Below are positions 25,247 through 38,379 of a DNA stretch of 64,000 nucleotides, piece by piece. Each line of letters opens with the position of its first letter. Positions within the stretch are counted from its first letter, which is position 1. A program made the position numbers and the translations under genes. The notes under the pieces are model-generated. The model was given only the letters and a program-made list of their open reading frames with translations, was not told the DNA's origin and searched no databases. Source of the DNA: Anthoceros angustus (Eukaryota; Plantae; Anthocerotophyta); contig VJWM01000068.1 of NCBI GenBank assembly GCA_010909165.1, positions 248,001 to 312,000 on the forward strand. The letters run 5' to 3'.

Positions 25247-25614
25247 GACGGGTATTGTGTGGCGGTATATAGTTAACTGTGCGGAATGCTTGGTTGTTCA
25301 CATGGATCCCTTCATGTGCGAGGGAGAGCAACAGAGGTGAGACGGCCGGTTGGGATCAGAGTTTCAAGCTGCTTCTTTCAGCGTTGGCGACTTGTGTGTG
25401 CTGGGGAGAGGGAACATCAGATAGTTCCTTTTCGAGATCGATGTGCCGGAACATGCGTTAGGACGTGGTTATCGAGCTCGCGTCCGGCCAAGCCAGTCCA
25501 CCCAGAGCCTCCGCCCGGGCCATTTCGTACCCGAATGGTTTGCAGAGGACTACATGGAGGGCTCCGTCCTTTCCCGAGCAGGCGTGCGGCGTGCGATGTG
25601 GAAGTAGTTTTTTA

Positions 25615-25925
25615 GGGTATGAGCTTGGAAGAATCCCTTGGGGGTTGAGCTTGGAAGGATCCCTTGAGGGTTGAGCGGGGAAGGATCCCTGTACGACTGA
25701 GCTGGGAAGGATCCCTTTAGGACTGGGCTTGGAAGGATCCCTTTACGACTGAACTTGGAAGGATCCCTTTAGGATTGAACTTGGAAGGATCCTTTAGGAT
25801 TGAACTTAGAAGGATCCCGTTAGGGTTGAGCTTGGAAGGATCCCTTTAGGGTTGAGCTTGGAAGGATCCCTGTAGGGTTGAGCTTGGAAGGATCCCTGTA
25901 GGATTGAGCCTGGAAGGATCCCTTC
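25615..25925. repeat. Minisatellite, 26-bp unit (GGGTTGAGCTTGGAAGGATCCCTTTA) x ~12
   Basis: Directly visible degenerate tandem units, no spacers. Confidence 0.92.
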
Positions 25926-27441
25926 ACCTTGGTAGACTCATTTAGGGTTGGAGGTTGGGGAGGCCTTTCTAGGGTATGTATTTAGATTTTAATATAGGCA
26001 TGCACGAGGACCTTTGTTCGTGTCCGACTCATCTCACCTCGAACGCGTGACCAACTTTATCCGCAGTGTAGGACATGGTTAAGCACATCCCCACGAAAAC
26101 GCAGCCCCATCAGGGCTGTCCAAATGGGAACTCTACCACGTACCTGGGAACTCTAACGGATGTACGCAAGTTCGAAGATTCAGTCTCCCCATGAACTCCA
26201 GCAGTCTTCCAGTTCTCCTGCGCAACGATACCTTGTCAACAAGGTTAGCAAGTCGGCAATTAGTCTCATCATACCCTACAGCCCTAGGAAGTGCCTCCGG
26301 CTGGAATCCAGCAATGAGTCCATTCAGATGCACATGAATATTCCTCATGTCATTGTCATTCACTTGATGCTTGCTGAGCCAGACTTTGTGTTTTGTGCCA
26401 TCCTGCAAAGGCACCCGACCACAACACATGTTCCCACATATTTGGACCATGTTGATGGATAACACTGCACCAAGTGTGCACAGGGCCAAGAAAACCACGA
26501 CCATAACCAGTTGCAGCACAGGACCACCAGCAGGAGAACACAAAGGTGATTGTCAAATGACCTGTACTCCAGAACACCCCTGCGGCTCCTACTGAAGGCC
26601 ACTGTATCTCTTTCAGCTCAAGTGTAGGCCAGCAATAAGTGGCTTCAGTTCCTGCTCAGTTGAGACTCAGATATAGCGGACAATGGTAATGTCAGGTGAG
26701 TGACTAGTGTGTGTTGCAGATGTTCAGAGTAGAACAATCTTAGATCCAACAGAAGGCTATCCTGGGGAGGTGAAGGCTTGCTGGGAGATGCTTGTAGGAA
26801 CTGTAATCAGGAGTACCCGGCGTAGACTTGATGCTTAAAGATGCAGTGAGAAGCTAGAGACAACTCTCACTGACATGGTCTGAGTCGAATGCATGCTAGA
26901 TATCAGCGCCCACCGGACAGTATAGGCAGTCAGCCCCTAGGATCTACTCCCAGGAGTCCAAATAAGAACGTTTCCCTCCTCGTACACATGCAGCCGACTT
27001 ACATCCCAGAAGATATTATGTAGGAGCTCAGGGCACCTGGGGTTACTGTTGACAGAGCATATAGAGTAAACCAGCGTCTCTCTGTGAAGTGATCTGACTT
27101 GTTCACGTGTCTGCTGGTGACGAGTTCAGATGTGGCAGACACCCGCTTTTCCTCATCTTGGAACAACAGTGTTTCTGAGCTGCATAAATGCCTCTAGCCG
27201 CTACATGCGTCTTACCCACAACCTAAAAAGTCCATCCATGCATCTCCACCAGTTGTAGCCTGGACTCCACCCCCATGTCGTTTCTCCTCGTGGGCATCTC
27301 CTGTGCCTGCTCCCACATCTGTACCTTCCTTCCTGGGGGACATTGGTTCGGCTTTTGATGTGTGCGCCATGGCAGTGCAATGACCCAGCATGAACCCACA
27401 GATTTTGCAGAATCCGTTTGTGGTCTCGTAAGATGTCTTAA

Positions 27442-29730
27442 TTAGCCCATGTCATCAGTCATGTCTGCCAGTAACGAGTCCAAACGTGGCACATAGCCTT
27501 CTTCCTCCATATTGGAAAGAAGATGGTTCAGCCTTGAATATATGGCTTCAGTCTCAGGATGCTCCTTGTCCCCAACCAGAAAAGTATGCACCCGTCCGTC
27601 TATGTCTGTCCACCAGCTCTGGCCTGGATGCTTCTTCCACGCCCCGATTCCTGTTCGCCTCTCTTGCATCTCCTCTGCCTGCTCCCACATCTGGGCACCA
27701 ATGTATATATTCGACATCAACACGTATGCAGCAGCATCTTTATTGTCTAACTTCAATGCTTCATTGAAAGCAAGGAGTCCCATCTCCACATTGCTCCACT
27801 TCCGACACGCACCCAGGAGAGTGAGCCACACTGCAGCATCAGGCAGTACAGGCATTGTCCTTACCAAAGTCAATGACTCGTCCAGTCGGCCTGCACGACC
27901 AAGGAGATCCACCATGCATGCATAGTGCTGCACCGTGGGAGTGATGCCATATTCTTTGCTCATAGCATCAAAGTACTCTTGGCCCTCATCCACTAGACCC
28001 GTATGACTGCACACTGTGAGTAGACTAAGGAAGGTGATGCCATCGGGCTGTATGCCACCCTCTCTCATTCTGAAGACTAAGTCAAAGACCTTGTCACTGT
28101 CACCTTGACGGGTGTACCCTGCAATCAGTGCACTCCAGGTGACAACATCTCGTTTTGGTAGCAAATCAAACACATGCTGTGCATCAAACATGCTCCCCGC
28201 CTTCGAATACATATTTATCAAACTGTTGCCTACAGTTGCATCAGCTAGAAACCCTTGATCTTTGATCTGTGAATGAAGCTGCCTTCCCACATCCAACGCT
28301 GCAACATTTGCACATGCCTGCAGGAGGCACACAAATGTCACATAATTGGGTGCGACAATGCCTTCTTCTCGCATAGCACCATATAGATGAAGGGCTTCCT
28401 GACCCATGCCCTGCTGGGAATATCCAGCTATCAGAGCAGTCCAGGTCACCACATTTTTTTCACCAAGTCCATCAAACACATTCCGGGCATCATCTAAGCT
28501 GCCACACTTTGCATACATATTCACCAGGCTGTTGGCCACAAATACATCAGCCTGAAGTCCAAGTTCTCTAATTTGTGCATGAAGCTGCTTCCCCTTCTCC
28601 AAAGCCGAGGTACCCAGACTTGCACATGCCTGCAGGAGGCACACAAATGTGACAGGATCAAGTGCAATCACACCTTCATCTTGCATAACTCTATAGAGAC
28701 GAAGGGCTTCATCCCCCATTCCCTTCTGGGAATAGCCTGCTATCATGGCATTCCATGTCACCACATCCTTGCGAGGAAGCCCGTCAAACACTCTCTCTGC
28801 ATCTTCGACGCTGCCGCACCGTGCATACATGTCCACCAAACAACTACAAACAAACAAATCAGGCTCAATACCACTAGCCAACACATCTGCATGCACCTGC
28901 TGCCCACTTTTCAAGTCTGCTGCCCTTGCACAAGCCTGAAGAGCTGCCACAAATACATGACCATCTGGCTTCGCACTTGACATGCGCATCCGTTGATACA
29001 GCTGTATGGCCTGGTTTACTTGCCTGTGTTTAACGTGAGCAGAGATTATAGCAGACCACATGAAAGCATCTGGTTCGGCAACCACCGCGAAAACATCCAT
29101 CGCATCTTGCAGCCTGGCCTGAGAAGCATACATCCGCAGGACGTGGTTACATAAGAACGTGTCCGACTCATAACCCCCTTTTACGATGAGAGCATGGACA
29201 TGGCGACCCAGAGTCAGATCCTTGTGAAGCACACATTTTTTCAGGACTGCATAGAAGAGAGACTGAGAAGTACAAGCTCCTGTCTGCACCAGAACTCCCA
29301 GTGCCTCAACAGCCTCAGTGAGCTGCCCCTGCTTACACAGTTGGTTAACGGTTTCAGCCGTCACGCCCATATCGTACTCTACAGGCCTGCGAGGATCACG
29401 ATCGCCCTTCTTCACATCCAGGGCAGCCAGTCTCGAAGTCACGACTTCCTGGAACACCCTACGCCGAAAGCTATGGGAACGAGAGCTCTTCCCAGGTTGC
29501 TTGTCATCATTCCAGCAAAGTGGATAGCAAATAGAGCCCTCCCTAGAGCTCCTGCTATCCCAAAGCTTCTCCTTCGTCGGGCCCAGAAAAGATGTTGCCA
29601 CCCGATGCGCCGTCTCCCTGTGTGCCAGATGTGCAAAGCAGCCGAGACCCGCAGAACTGTACGTGATCCCATAGCTCAGCTCCAGTGAGCCAGCTGGGCT
29701 GCTTGGGCAAATCATATTGTCGATCTCCAT
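27442..29730 (-). CDS. PLS-class PPR protein, E1-E2-E+ (truncated DYW), probable organellar RNA-editing specificity factor
   Basis: Intronless ORF from first ATG 29730. About 14 P/L/S motifs ending P2-L2-S2 (HYACMVDLLGRAGRL), E1 (VWLTLLGACR), E2 (AYVLMSNIY), PG box KKHPGQSWW...VHTFLVGDKEHPE. Stops after GYVP without HxE/CxxC. Confidence 0.93.
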   Translation of the reverse strand: MEIDNMICPSSPAGSLELSYGITYSSAGLGCFAHLAHRETAHRVATSFLGPTKEKLWDSRSSREGSICYPLCWNDDKQPGKSSRSHSFRRRVFQEVVTSRLAALDVKKGDRDPRRPVEYDMGVTAETVNQLCKQGQLTEAVEALGVLVQTGACTSQSLFYAVLKKCVLHKDLTLGRHVHALIVKGGYESDTFLCNHVLRMYASQARLQDAMDVFAVVAEPDAFMWSAIISAHVKHRQVNQAIQLYQRMRMSSAKPDGHVFVAALQACARAADLKSGQQVHADVLASGIEPDLFVCSCLVDMYARCGSVEDAERVFDGLPRKDVVTWNAMIAGYSQKGMGDEALRLYRVMQDEGVIALDPVTFVCLLQACASLGTSALEKGKQLHAQIRELGLQADVFVANSLVNMYAKCGSLDDARNVFDGLGEKNVVTWTALIAGYSQQGMGQEALHLYGAMREEGIVAPNYVTFVCLLQACANVAALDVGRQLHSQIKDQGFLADATVGNSLINMYSKAGSMFDAQHVFDLLPKRDVVTWSALIAGYTRQGDSDKVFDLVFRMREGGIQPDGITFLSLLTVCSHTGLVDEGQEYFDAMSKEYGITPTVQHYACMVDLLGRAGRLDESLTLVRTMPVLPDAAVWLTLLGACRKWSNVEMGLLAFNEALKLDNKDAAAYVLMSNIYIGAQMWEQAEEMQERRTGIGAWKKHPGQSWWTDIDGRVHTFLVGDKEHPETEAIYSRLNHLLSNMEEEGYVPRLDSLLADMTDDMG

Positions 29731-31841
29731 TTCCCGGGCAAACCACACCGATGCCACAGGGCTGGCCTGATCCGAGTTTGTGTATAAGCCCGGTGGGTTA
29801 CCAATTCCCGAGGCGTTCGATTAGGATATCGTGGTGGGCACTGATGTACAGTAGGGTCTGAATTTCGAGACGCGAATTATGCGGCGCTTGCACGATGAGC
29901 TACGTTTCGAGGTAATGCTGAGGAGGCGATGGGCAGCAGTTGGGTTTCCAGGCTGCGCAGGGAATCTTGCCCCCTCTCCATGACGCAGAGCAGTGAGGTG
30001 GGCGAGGCACGGAGGATGGTGATCACTGGACGACCGACGCAAGGGATACTCGACTGTTGTGCCGCATGCACATGATCGGTCTTCCGCTTCCGCTTGCAGC
30101 TGGCATCAAGTCGCATGGAAGGTGGGAAGCACAGAACCCTCAGCCTGAAGTTGCGGACGGTATGTTGCAGGGTTGTTGTGCGCGCGGGTTGCAGAAAGCA
30201 TGGATGCGTGTGATGTTCTGAAAGGTTCGGGCATAATTGGAGCGATGTTGCTTGGCGACAGGTGTTGCCGGTGCAGGGAGGCGGTGGAGAGATGTGGCGG
30301 CGGCTTGTGAGGCTTGAAAGACCCACCTGACGGTTGTGGTTGGACCAGTACCATGGGGGATCCATCCGGTGGCTCCTGAGTTGAAATTACGGCAGGTATC
30401 GTGGCAACAAATTGGAACCCATTGTGTAGCTTGGTTTTTCTCACGACCTCCTCTCGCATTCTCCAGCTATTTGGTTGCAGATGCTCATCCAGCAACCTGT
30501 GATGCTGCACAGACACTCTGACACCTGTTCCCACCCACGCTGAAACCACTGCAGATAAGCTGACCCTGGAAGACTGGTTGCGATAAGCGGCGGCTGCAGC
30601 TACTGGAGCCCTTGGGCCATCCTCAAGGTAAAGTTTACTCTCATCCTACCCTGTAACGCGAGGTATCAGGATGGTGTACTTGTTCCTCGGTCATGTGTGT
30701 GCCGTGACGATAGGAAAGACATCTCGAGAAGCAGCACTCGAGGGGTTGGTGTGTCGTGTGTGATGTGGAAGGGTTGGTAACGACAGAGAAGCTGTGTGAG
30801 TTTCTTCAGAGTTCAGTGCATGAACGGAGAGAGTATGCTGCTCCTTGTATGCATTCTTGCAGGCAACTGTGCAGAGAGTGGCAAAGCAGCACAACCTTCT
30901 TCAAGCACACTCCCAGCTTCCTTGCCTCAGGCAGCAGCTGCAGCAGCAACAGCAGAAAGTGCAACAAGCAAGGATGCAGTCCCGATTCCCCAGAGCAATC
31001 AACTGCGAAGCTGGCCCTTACAGAGCGATGGCGCGAGGTACAAGCCGCCATCTCGCCCCCTCGCTGCTCTTTCAGGCTGGAGGGTGAGGTCAGGCCACGG
31101 CACCTCTCTGACCCATCTCCCATGTCAAGTGCAGCCAGCAGGAAAACAAACCCACACTCCAAGCTGCTGCACAGCAGAGAATAGGTGCCACTCCTTCCTC
31201 CCCCCCTGCTCCCTCTCCTTCTGTGCTGGCAACAGTGATGTCTAACTGAACCCTCTTCTGTCCACTGTGTGTCCTCACAGGACAGAAAAAGGGAGGCAAA
31301 CGAACGTAAGCCTCCCCGACCATGGCCATGGCAAGCAGCCTGCCCCTGCCACAAACAGTGCTGACTGAACAAGCTGTCTGGCCGCCTGGAAATGACAAGG
31401 AAAAGAACAGGCTCGTGCGACGTGACGCGACAAGCATTCCTTCCACCCATTCCTCCCTTCCATTCTCCTTCCATTCCGTTTCCATTCCCGACGGCAGGAC
31501 GTGCTCACGTCACGCCGCGCCGATGCCAGCATCAAGCCCGTGGAAAGAGCAAACCCACACGTGCCAGACGCGGCAGCGAAAAACGTGATCGAGGCCCCAA
31601 TCATTTGCGTGGCGCGCCCTCACGTGTATAAAGCGCCCCAGATTCTCACGACAGCAAACGCCCAAAAACCCACAAGCTCCCCATCTCCCATCGGGACCCA
31701 GTCTCCCAGCCTGTGCTTCACGACGCCACCTCGCTCCCCGTCCCGTCCCGTCCCGTCCGGCCCCGCCCCGTTCCGTCCCGCCCCCACGGCCCGTTCCTCT
31801 CGCCATCCCGCCCAAAACGAGATAACGGGCCCCGTTTCTCC

Positions 31842-33543
31842 CGTTCCCGTTGCGTCCAAAACAGCACCGACAGTGACCAAAACCGGGGTGCCGAGTGGCG
31901 AGCCCGCCTCAATCAGTGCAACGCTGCGAAGCACAAGAGGCCTCGAGACACGAGTGAGGTCAGTGATGAGACAAAGCGAGTGCGATATTTTCGTTATTGC
32001 AACAACGTCAAGTTAGAGCCTGCCTCAGACGAAGCCCCTCAGAGCATGGTCTGGTCGTGGCTTGCCAAAATCGGGTGAACGTCATGCGATTGTGTCGCGA
32101 CCGCGAACTCGTATTCCCTATCTCTTTCACTTTACCTTTACTCGGAAATTGGATATGCAGGGAGTATGGCTTGGCGCGTATGAGCTTTCAAGACGTCTCC
32201 GAGTCGCATGTCGCATAGGAGCACGGCGCGGCGCGGGGAGCGAGGGCGACGATGGGAAGAGGAACGCAGAAGGCACGAGCCCAGGCAGGCAAAAGCCATG
32301 CATAACCGCCGACCAGCTAAGGTGTGCCCAGCACGGCCGGGACAGGGGCCGTTGCCCCGCTTGCTCGGCCTCGTGTCGTCAAACCTGGACTTGACCCGGG
32401 CCGGGCCGACCCGGGCCGCGCACCCCATGGGATCACACCGCGCCCGGCGCATTACGCCTGGCCACGCCACATCGTGCGCATTCCGGACGCGGATGCCATG
32501 GCCGCGTCCGCACGTGCGGGTGGACGGGCGTGTCTCGGTACAGGTACTCCTGTACATACCTTCGCGCGCTCTGACACAGTCACACACGCACGCTCCGGGA
32601 GCGGGAGCCGGGGAGGTGGGTAGGTGGGAGTTGCAGCTACCGAGACAGCTCACGCGCAACGCGCGTCCGGCCCCAACCGTTCGTTCCGTTCCCGTTGCGT
32701 CCAAAACAGCACCGACAGTGACCAAAACCGGGGTGCCGGTGGCGAGCCCGCCTCAATCAGTGCAACGCTGCGAAGCACAAGAGGCCTCGAGACACGAGTG
32801 AGGTCAGTGATGAGACAAAGCGAGTGCGATATTTTCGTTATTGCAACAACGTCAAGTTAGAGCCTGCCTCAGACGAAGCCCCTCAGAGCATGGTCTGGTC
32901 GTGGCTTGCCAAAATCGGGTGAACGTCATGCGATTGTGTCGCGACCGCGAACTCGTATTCCCTATCTCTTTCACTTTACCTTTACTCGGAAATTGGATAT
33001 GCAGGGAGTATGGCTTGGCGCGTATGAGCTTTCAAGACGTCTCCGAGTCGCATGTCGCATAGGAGCACGGCGCGGCGCGGGGAGCGAGGGCGACGATGGG
33101 AAGAGGAACGCAGAAGGCACGAGCCCAGGCAGGCAAAAGCCATGCATAACCGCCGACCAGCTAAGGTGTGCCCAGCACGGCCGGGACAGGGGCCGTTGCC
33201 CCGCTTGCTCGGCCTCGTGTCGTCAAACCTGGACTTGACCCGGGCCGGGCCGACCCGGGCCGCGCACCCCATGGGATCACACCGCGCCCGGCGCATTACG
33301 CCTGGCCACGCCACATCGTGCGCATTCCGGACGCGGATGCCATGGCCGCGTCCGCACGTGCGGGTGGGACGGGGCGTGTCTCGGTACAGGTACTCCTGTA
33401 CATACCTTCGCGCGCTCTGACACAGTCACACACGCACGCTCCGGGAGCGGGAGCCGGGGAGGGGTGGGTAGGTGGGAGTTGCAGCTACCGAGACAGCTCA
33501 CGCGCAAACGCGCGTCCGGCCCCGGCCGTAACGCGTTCCCGTT
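31842..33543 (+). repeat. Direct tandem duplication, ~845-bp GC-rich unit x2
   Basis: 31842-32696 matches 32687-33543. Junction on CGTTCCCGTT (31842, 32687, 33534). Confidence 0.92.
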
Positions 33544-36500
33544 CCCCGTTTCCTAAATTTCAATTTTCAACTACCCAATTCATAACTCAGATAATGTCTG
33601 AGGAGTTTTTTAAGGATGTAATCACTAATTTTTTCGAAATGCTATTGCCATAATTTTATCTACTCTATGTGCAGGCCCAATTTGGTTCGGTCCTCCGATA
33701 AGCACCAGCCACGTACTTGGTTGTGTGGAATTGTTGCAGCGAGAGGGGAGAAAATTGGTAGGCCAATATATATGGGGCAAGGTCTTGAAACTTTGCGTGT
33801 CTGCGAGACAGTCAAGAGATGTATAAGTACAGCTATCTTGGACATATGGAGCGACCTGCTATGCTAATTGGTGAAGACGAGGTAGGGTAGTCTATTGAAG
33901 ACTCCAATGTTAATAATTGAGTGGCATAGATCAAGTATGAAAGCTTGTCATCTCTACCTTGTAACAGTTACTACTTAATGAAAAAGCAGGACGATACTTA
34001 AGGCATTAAACCAAGATTCACTCTATACTTCAGAATGTGACAAGTACATTAACAATAAAGTTAGAGTTTCGTCTGAAAATATTTCCTCAACGACATTCAC
34101 AAGCAACACCTCACCTGCTGCGCAACACCATCTCTAAAAATCTTCTCTAAATGTCTCAATCTCCACTTTACTATTGCAAGTTAGTTGTTTAGATCTTCTA
34201 CATTCTATTGTAGCTTTTTCCAGAGGCGTATTGAAGGACCTTGTACTGGGGGATCCTATACTATAGGACATTACATTTTTTGATTCAACTAATAGTTTTC
34301 CTCGCCTTTGTTTCGCATCATCTGGCGATTCAATTATTTTTTCCTCGTGTTCAAATACGCCTTATATCTTCAACCCTGGCCCACTAGGTATGATATCTCA
34401 TTAATTCTCTTTGTTCACCATACTATTCACTTCTTCATGAGTATCCAACGAACTGAACATGTGTACAAGCAGGCTACTTTACACTTGCAAAGGTCATTTT
34501 ACATGAGTATTGACTTGAACCTGCCTGACTTGCCTGGTTTCAGGTGCAAGTGTTCGCGTGACCACCTTAAATATGAACCCTTCTTATGCCAAATATCATA
34601 TTTGATAAGTTATTATTGGGAATAGCAAGTTGATAGCTTGAACCGTGCCATAGTGGGATACGAAAAGAAAGGCGCCCCGGGATGACATGATCGTCAACAC
34701 CGACTAATCAACACGGCCTTCTGAGCCTTGTCTGAGGGCGTTGAAGCGATAAAGGTCCGCCATCCTACTCATACCTACCACCTCTTGTTACAAAAGCCAA
34801 ATTGTAGATAAGCTAATTATCTCTAGAGAAGTATGTTATCAATTTATAAGTACATCAAATAAATATTTAGCTTTTCCTCTAGCTTTGTATCAAAATTTGG
34901 ATTCTACAAGGATTGTTAAGGTCCACAATCAGACATAATTTATTTATTTAAGGATAACATGAAAGATCCACAATCTGACACAAAGCGTTATGCCTAAAAA
35001 GACTTGGAGATCACGCAGGAATGAGAACAAATGTTGGAGCCCAAACGCCCTTGTGCTCCACACTTAGAATATTCTCACTAATTATTTAGAATCTTAAGGA
35101 TTTATATGTTGAAATTCTATTGTTAAGGATTTTTAGCTTCTGATGATTTCTACATAGAATTCTCCAACAAATAAAGACTTCTCTAGCAAATAAATATTCC
35201 ATTGTCAACTCCTATCATCAAGGATTTCTATCATAGAAATTCTTAACAATTGTTTCTGCTAGTACCTACCTTAAGCGTTTGCATGAATTTATTGTCAAGG
35301 ATTTCTCTGTTTCTACTAATTTCTAGCCTTCTACATGAATCCCATTGTCAAGGATTTCTATGTCCTCACTAATTTGTACCTTAGTCAGTAGACTGAATTT
35401 GGAGCTAAAGTAGTTTCGTGACCGCCTTCTTAAGGAGTAAGACCGTCGTGTTGAAGAGAAAGGAGATCCTGAAGGCGCAAGAAAAGTATGTTTCCCATTT
35501 ACAAGAAGGACATCATTCGATTAGAATATAAGCTCAGGCCTGAAGGCCCGCAACGCCAACACATTGCGAAGTGCGTTCGAATTTTTCAAAGAGAAATTTC
35601 TCATCTCATATGCCGAATTCCGAGTTGTAGAGGGGGAATTCGAGATGTGACAATTAAAGGCCATTCCCAAGCAACAATGACAGACTGTCTCGAGCTTTGG
35701 CAAATGACCGAGGGTGTCACTCAATCGAAGACTAGGCGAGAGACATCGCGTATATATACAAATTATTATCTAAGCATGTGCATGATTCTAAGCACATTGC
35801 TAGACTCATGGCCCGGAATAGTGTGTGTAGGATATGCAAGTATCCACTGACTAAGGTACAAAATGGTGCAATGATGCATGTGGCTCACTATTTGGGATGC
35901 GATCTTTAAGTTGGAGTAGCTAGAATAGAGCAACAATAGGGGTCTAAGACTAGCAGTGTCTTGGAGATTTTTATTACCTGTCTTGACCATCTATCTTCGT
36001 AGGCATCCAACCCCTTAAAGGTCGAAAGGGATTGATGACAGTTTGTTGCAGACAATCAGCTCTGCTGAACATAGGTGATGATGCTAAAGCCTTGTGCAGT
36101 TATTCTGAAATACCTTTATGGCGATTGATGGACACAAATATTGTGACTTCATGCCACAGAAGGATATACCATCCCAACCTCCAACTGAGTGGTCATATAG
36201 TGCTGGGTCGCTTAGGGTCCAGCCTTGCTGTTTGGGGTCATGCTTATGTTCTGTGTTGTTTATCCTCCGAGCTGCTCAAAGAAAAGCAAGGCATGAACTG
36301 TTCTCCTATTCGTTCGTGTCGCTAACCAATGATTCGTTTCTTCCATCTCAAATGTATAATGATATCACACCAATAAAAATAAGCACAAGCAATAAATGTG
36401 CAACCAGTAGCCATAGCAGCAAGAATGATTGTGAAATCAACAACCCAAGGTGATAGAAACACAGGAATTTCTAGCAGTACAGGCCTTCTTTGCAATGACA

Positions 36501-38379
36501 GAGACAAATGACATGCACTACGTTGACTGAATTGGCGTTCCTGAGAACCCAAAGAGAATAAGTACAATGGAGGAAGATGGCCACTTTGTCATCCGATGAT
36601 ATGTTTGAAAGTCCAACTAGAAACAGGTTCAATGAAAGCAAATAGTACAGGCCATCTCTACAATGGTAGAGACAGATGACATGGACTAGGCAAATTGAAT
36701 TTGTGTTCTTAGAAAGCCACACCGAAGAATGACAATGAAGGAAAACTCTTTGCCATTCGACGATATGTTTAATAGTGCAACTATGTACAAACTGAATGAA
36801 GGCTAAGATAGGGAAAAATGAATGTTCCTGAGGGAACCAGTAGGAACGCTATAGTAAGTAACTCCTTCCCCACAACGTTCATTTCTTCGCACCTTTCCCA
36901 GAAGCAAAGCACAGGTTGCCTGCAAGCACAGTCCGCGGAGCGATGCAGTGTACTCCACGAAGGATTGCCAGTAGGACGCAACTTTTGGATGTGCTGGGCA
37001 GCTCCAAAGGGCTCTTCTGAAAGTGTGGCAAGGAGAACCAGAGATAACCAGACACTAGCTCCTTCCTACAAACCGATGACTTCTCTGGAAATGTTTTCAA
37101 AAATGTGGTTTACTCACAAAGCAATGGACAAAGCTTATCAGATATATTACATCATATCAAATTATATTATCATACTATAATCTCATGTCATGTCATTTCT
37201 TCACGTGTATCGTTCAGGCGTACGAAGTCCACACACGGCGAAGGGGCGGACAGCATAGACCCGCAAAGGTAACATGGCCTTTGATTGTTGCCATGTGGGT
37301 CTTTACACCGACTGAATCACATGTGCATACATGCGCAAATCCCAGAGAATATCTATATTCCAATCTATATTAAAGAAGTATGTATTCTACACGACGGCAG
37401 TCCGCAACTGCAACTTCCGAGGTAATGGGAAGCATTGAATCGGTCGAACGGTGCCATTTCCCACATTATGAGTCCGCCATGGCAGCATGGCCCCGCATCG
37501 CGTCGCTGACAAACATCCGCATACCGGGGGACCGGGTAATGTTTGTACCGTCCGTGTTTTTCATCCCCCCAAAAAGTCGCGTCTCCAGTCTAAGTCGACT
37601 CCCACGCTTCACCGGCGCTGCCAGTTCATTAACTGCATGTGACACCCCCACGCCCGTTCTGTTGCAGCGGACGGAGCGCAGCGAGTGGGCCCCACCCTCC
37701 TAAGTACTGTACATACATACCGCACATACCTTCCGACTGCATACGCGACGCCCACGAGCCTACACCCCATAAATACCCCGAAGTACGTACATACCTGCTA
37801 CCGCGCCGTACGTTAAAACGAAGCCCGGTCGGGGCGGGTCGGGGCGGATCGGTCGCCACGCCAGCCGGGCTATGACTTGTCAAGCCGGTGCGCCGCCACG
37901 TCCTCCTGGCCGGCCCACCACGTCACGGGCCTCCGGTTCCGACGCCACGCCATGTGCTAACGACGTTATTCCAGGCCTGCCGAGTGTGCATATATACATG
38001 TCATAGGTGGAGCTTCGGGGAGGGTTTGGTTTAATTTAACAAATTTAACAAATTTAACATGGAAGTGGGATTCTGCGTCGTATTGGGACGTGGGATGCGT
38101 TGCTGGTCGTAAGCTGTGGGGGGGGCGAACAAGAAAAATGCAGTCCAAGGCAAGCCAAATGTGGTTGGTTACAACAATGGGTGGGTGGGAGAGGAGGTGA
38201 AATGAGCCATGAATCGAAATGATTGCTGTGAGTTTCTGTTGGCGAGAGCGGGGGGAGGGAGGTGAGGCTGTTGTGTTCCCTGCTGTGCTGTACTTTGTCT
38301 TTGCCCTAACCGAACCGCCACCTCCCGCGTCATCATGGTCACCTCTTCCGCTTCCCCAGCCAGGCTCTTTAGGGCTTGC

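Noticed and set aside
25615-25925. CRISPR-like array of palindromic repeats
   Set aside because: Units are contiguous with no unique spacers, there are no cas genes, and the context is eukaryotic.
26100-26300. Degenerate PPR-like remnant on the minus strand (RCAGELED...IWTALMG)
   Set aside because: Too short and stop-ridden to support.
30330-31310. Plus-strand exon-like blocks with AG/GT borders (e.g. LTLEDWL)
   Set aside because: In-frame stop, no coherent gene model and no recognisable family.
32024-32084. Hammerhead ribozyme (CAGACGA...GGGTGAAC) or C/D snoRNA in the 75-bp element
   Set aside because: The core deviates from CUGANGA and GAAA at invariant positions, there is no canonical box C, and I recognised no rRNA guide.
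35488-35600. LINE RT C-terminal-like PIYKKDIIRLE
   Set aside because: Single short motif without supporting RT sequence.
36475-36790. Diverged ~170-bp tandem pair, plus ATTGTCAAGGATTTC repeats near 35100-35370
   Set aside because: Visible but degenerate, with no assignable function or TE termini.
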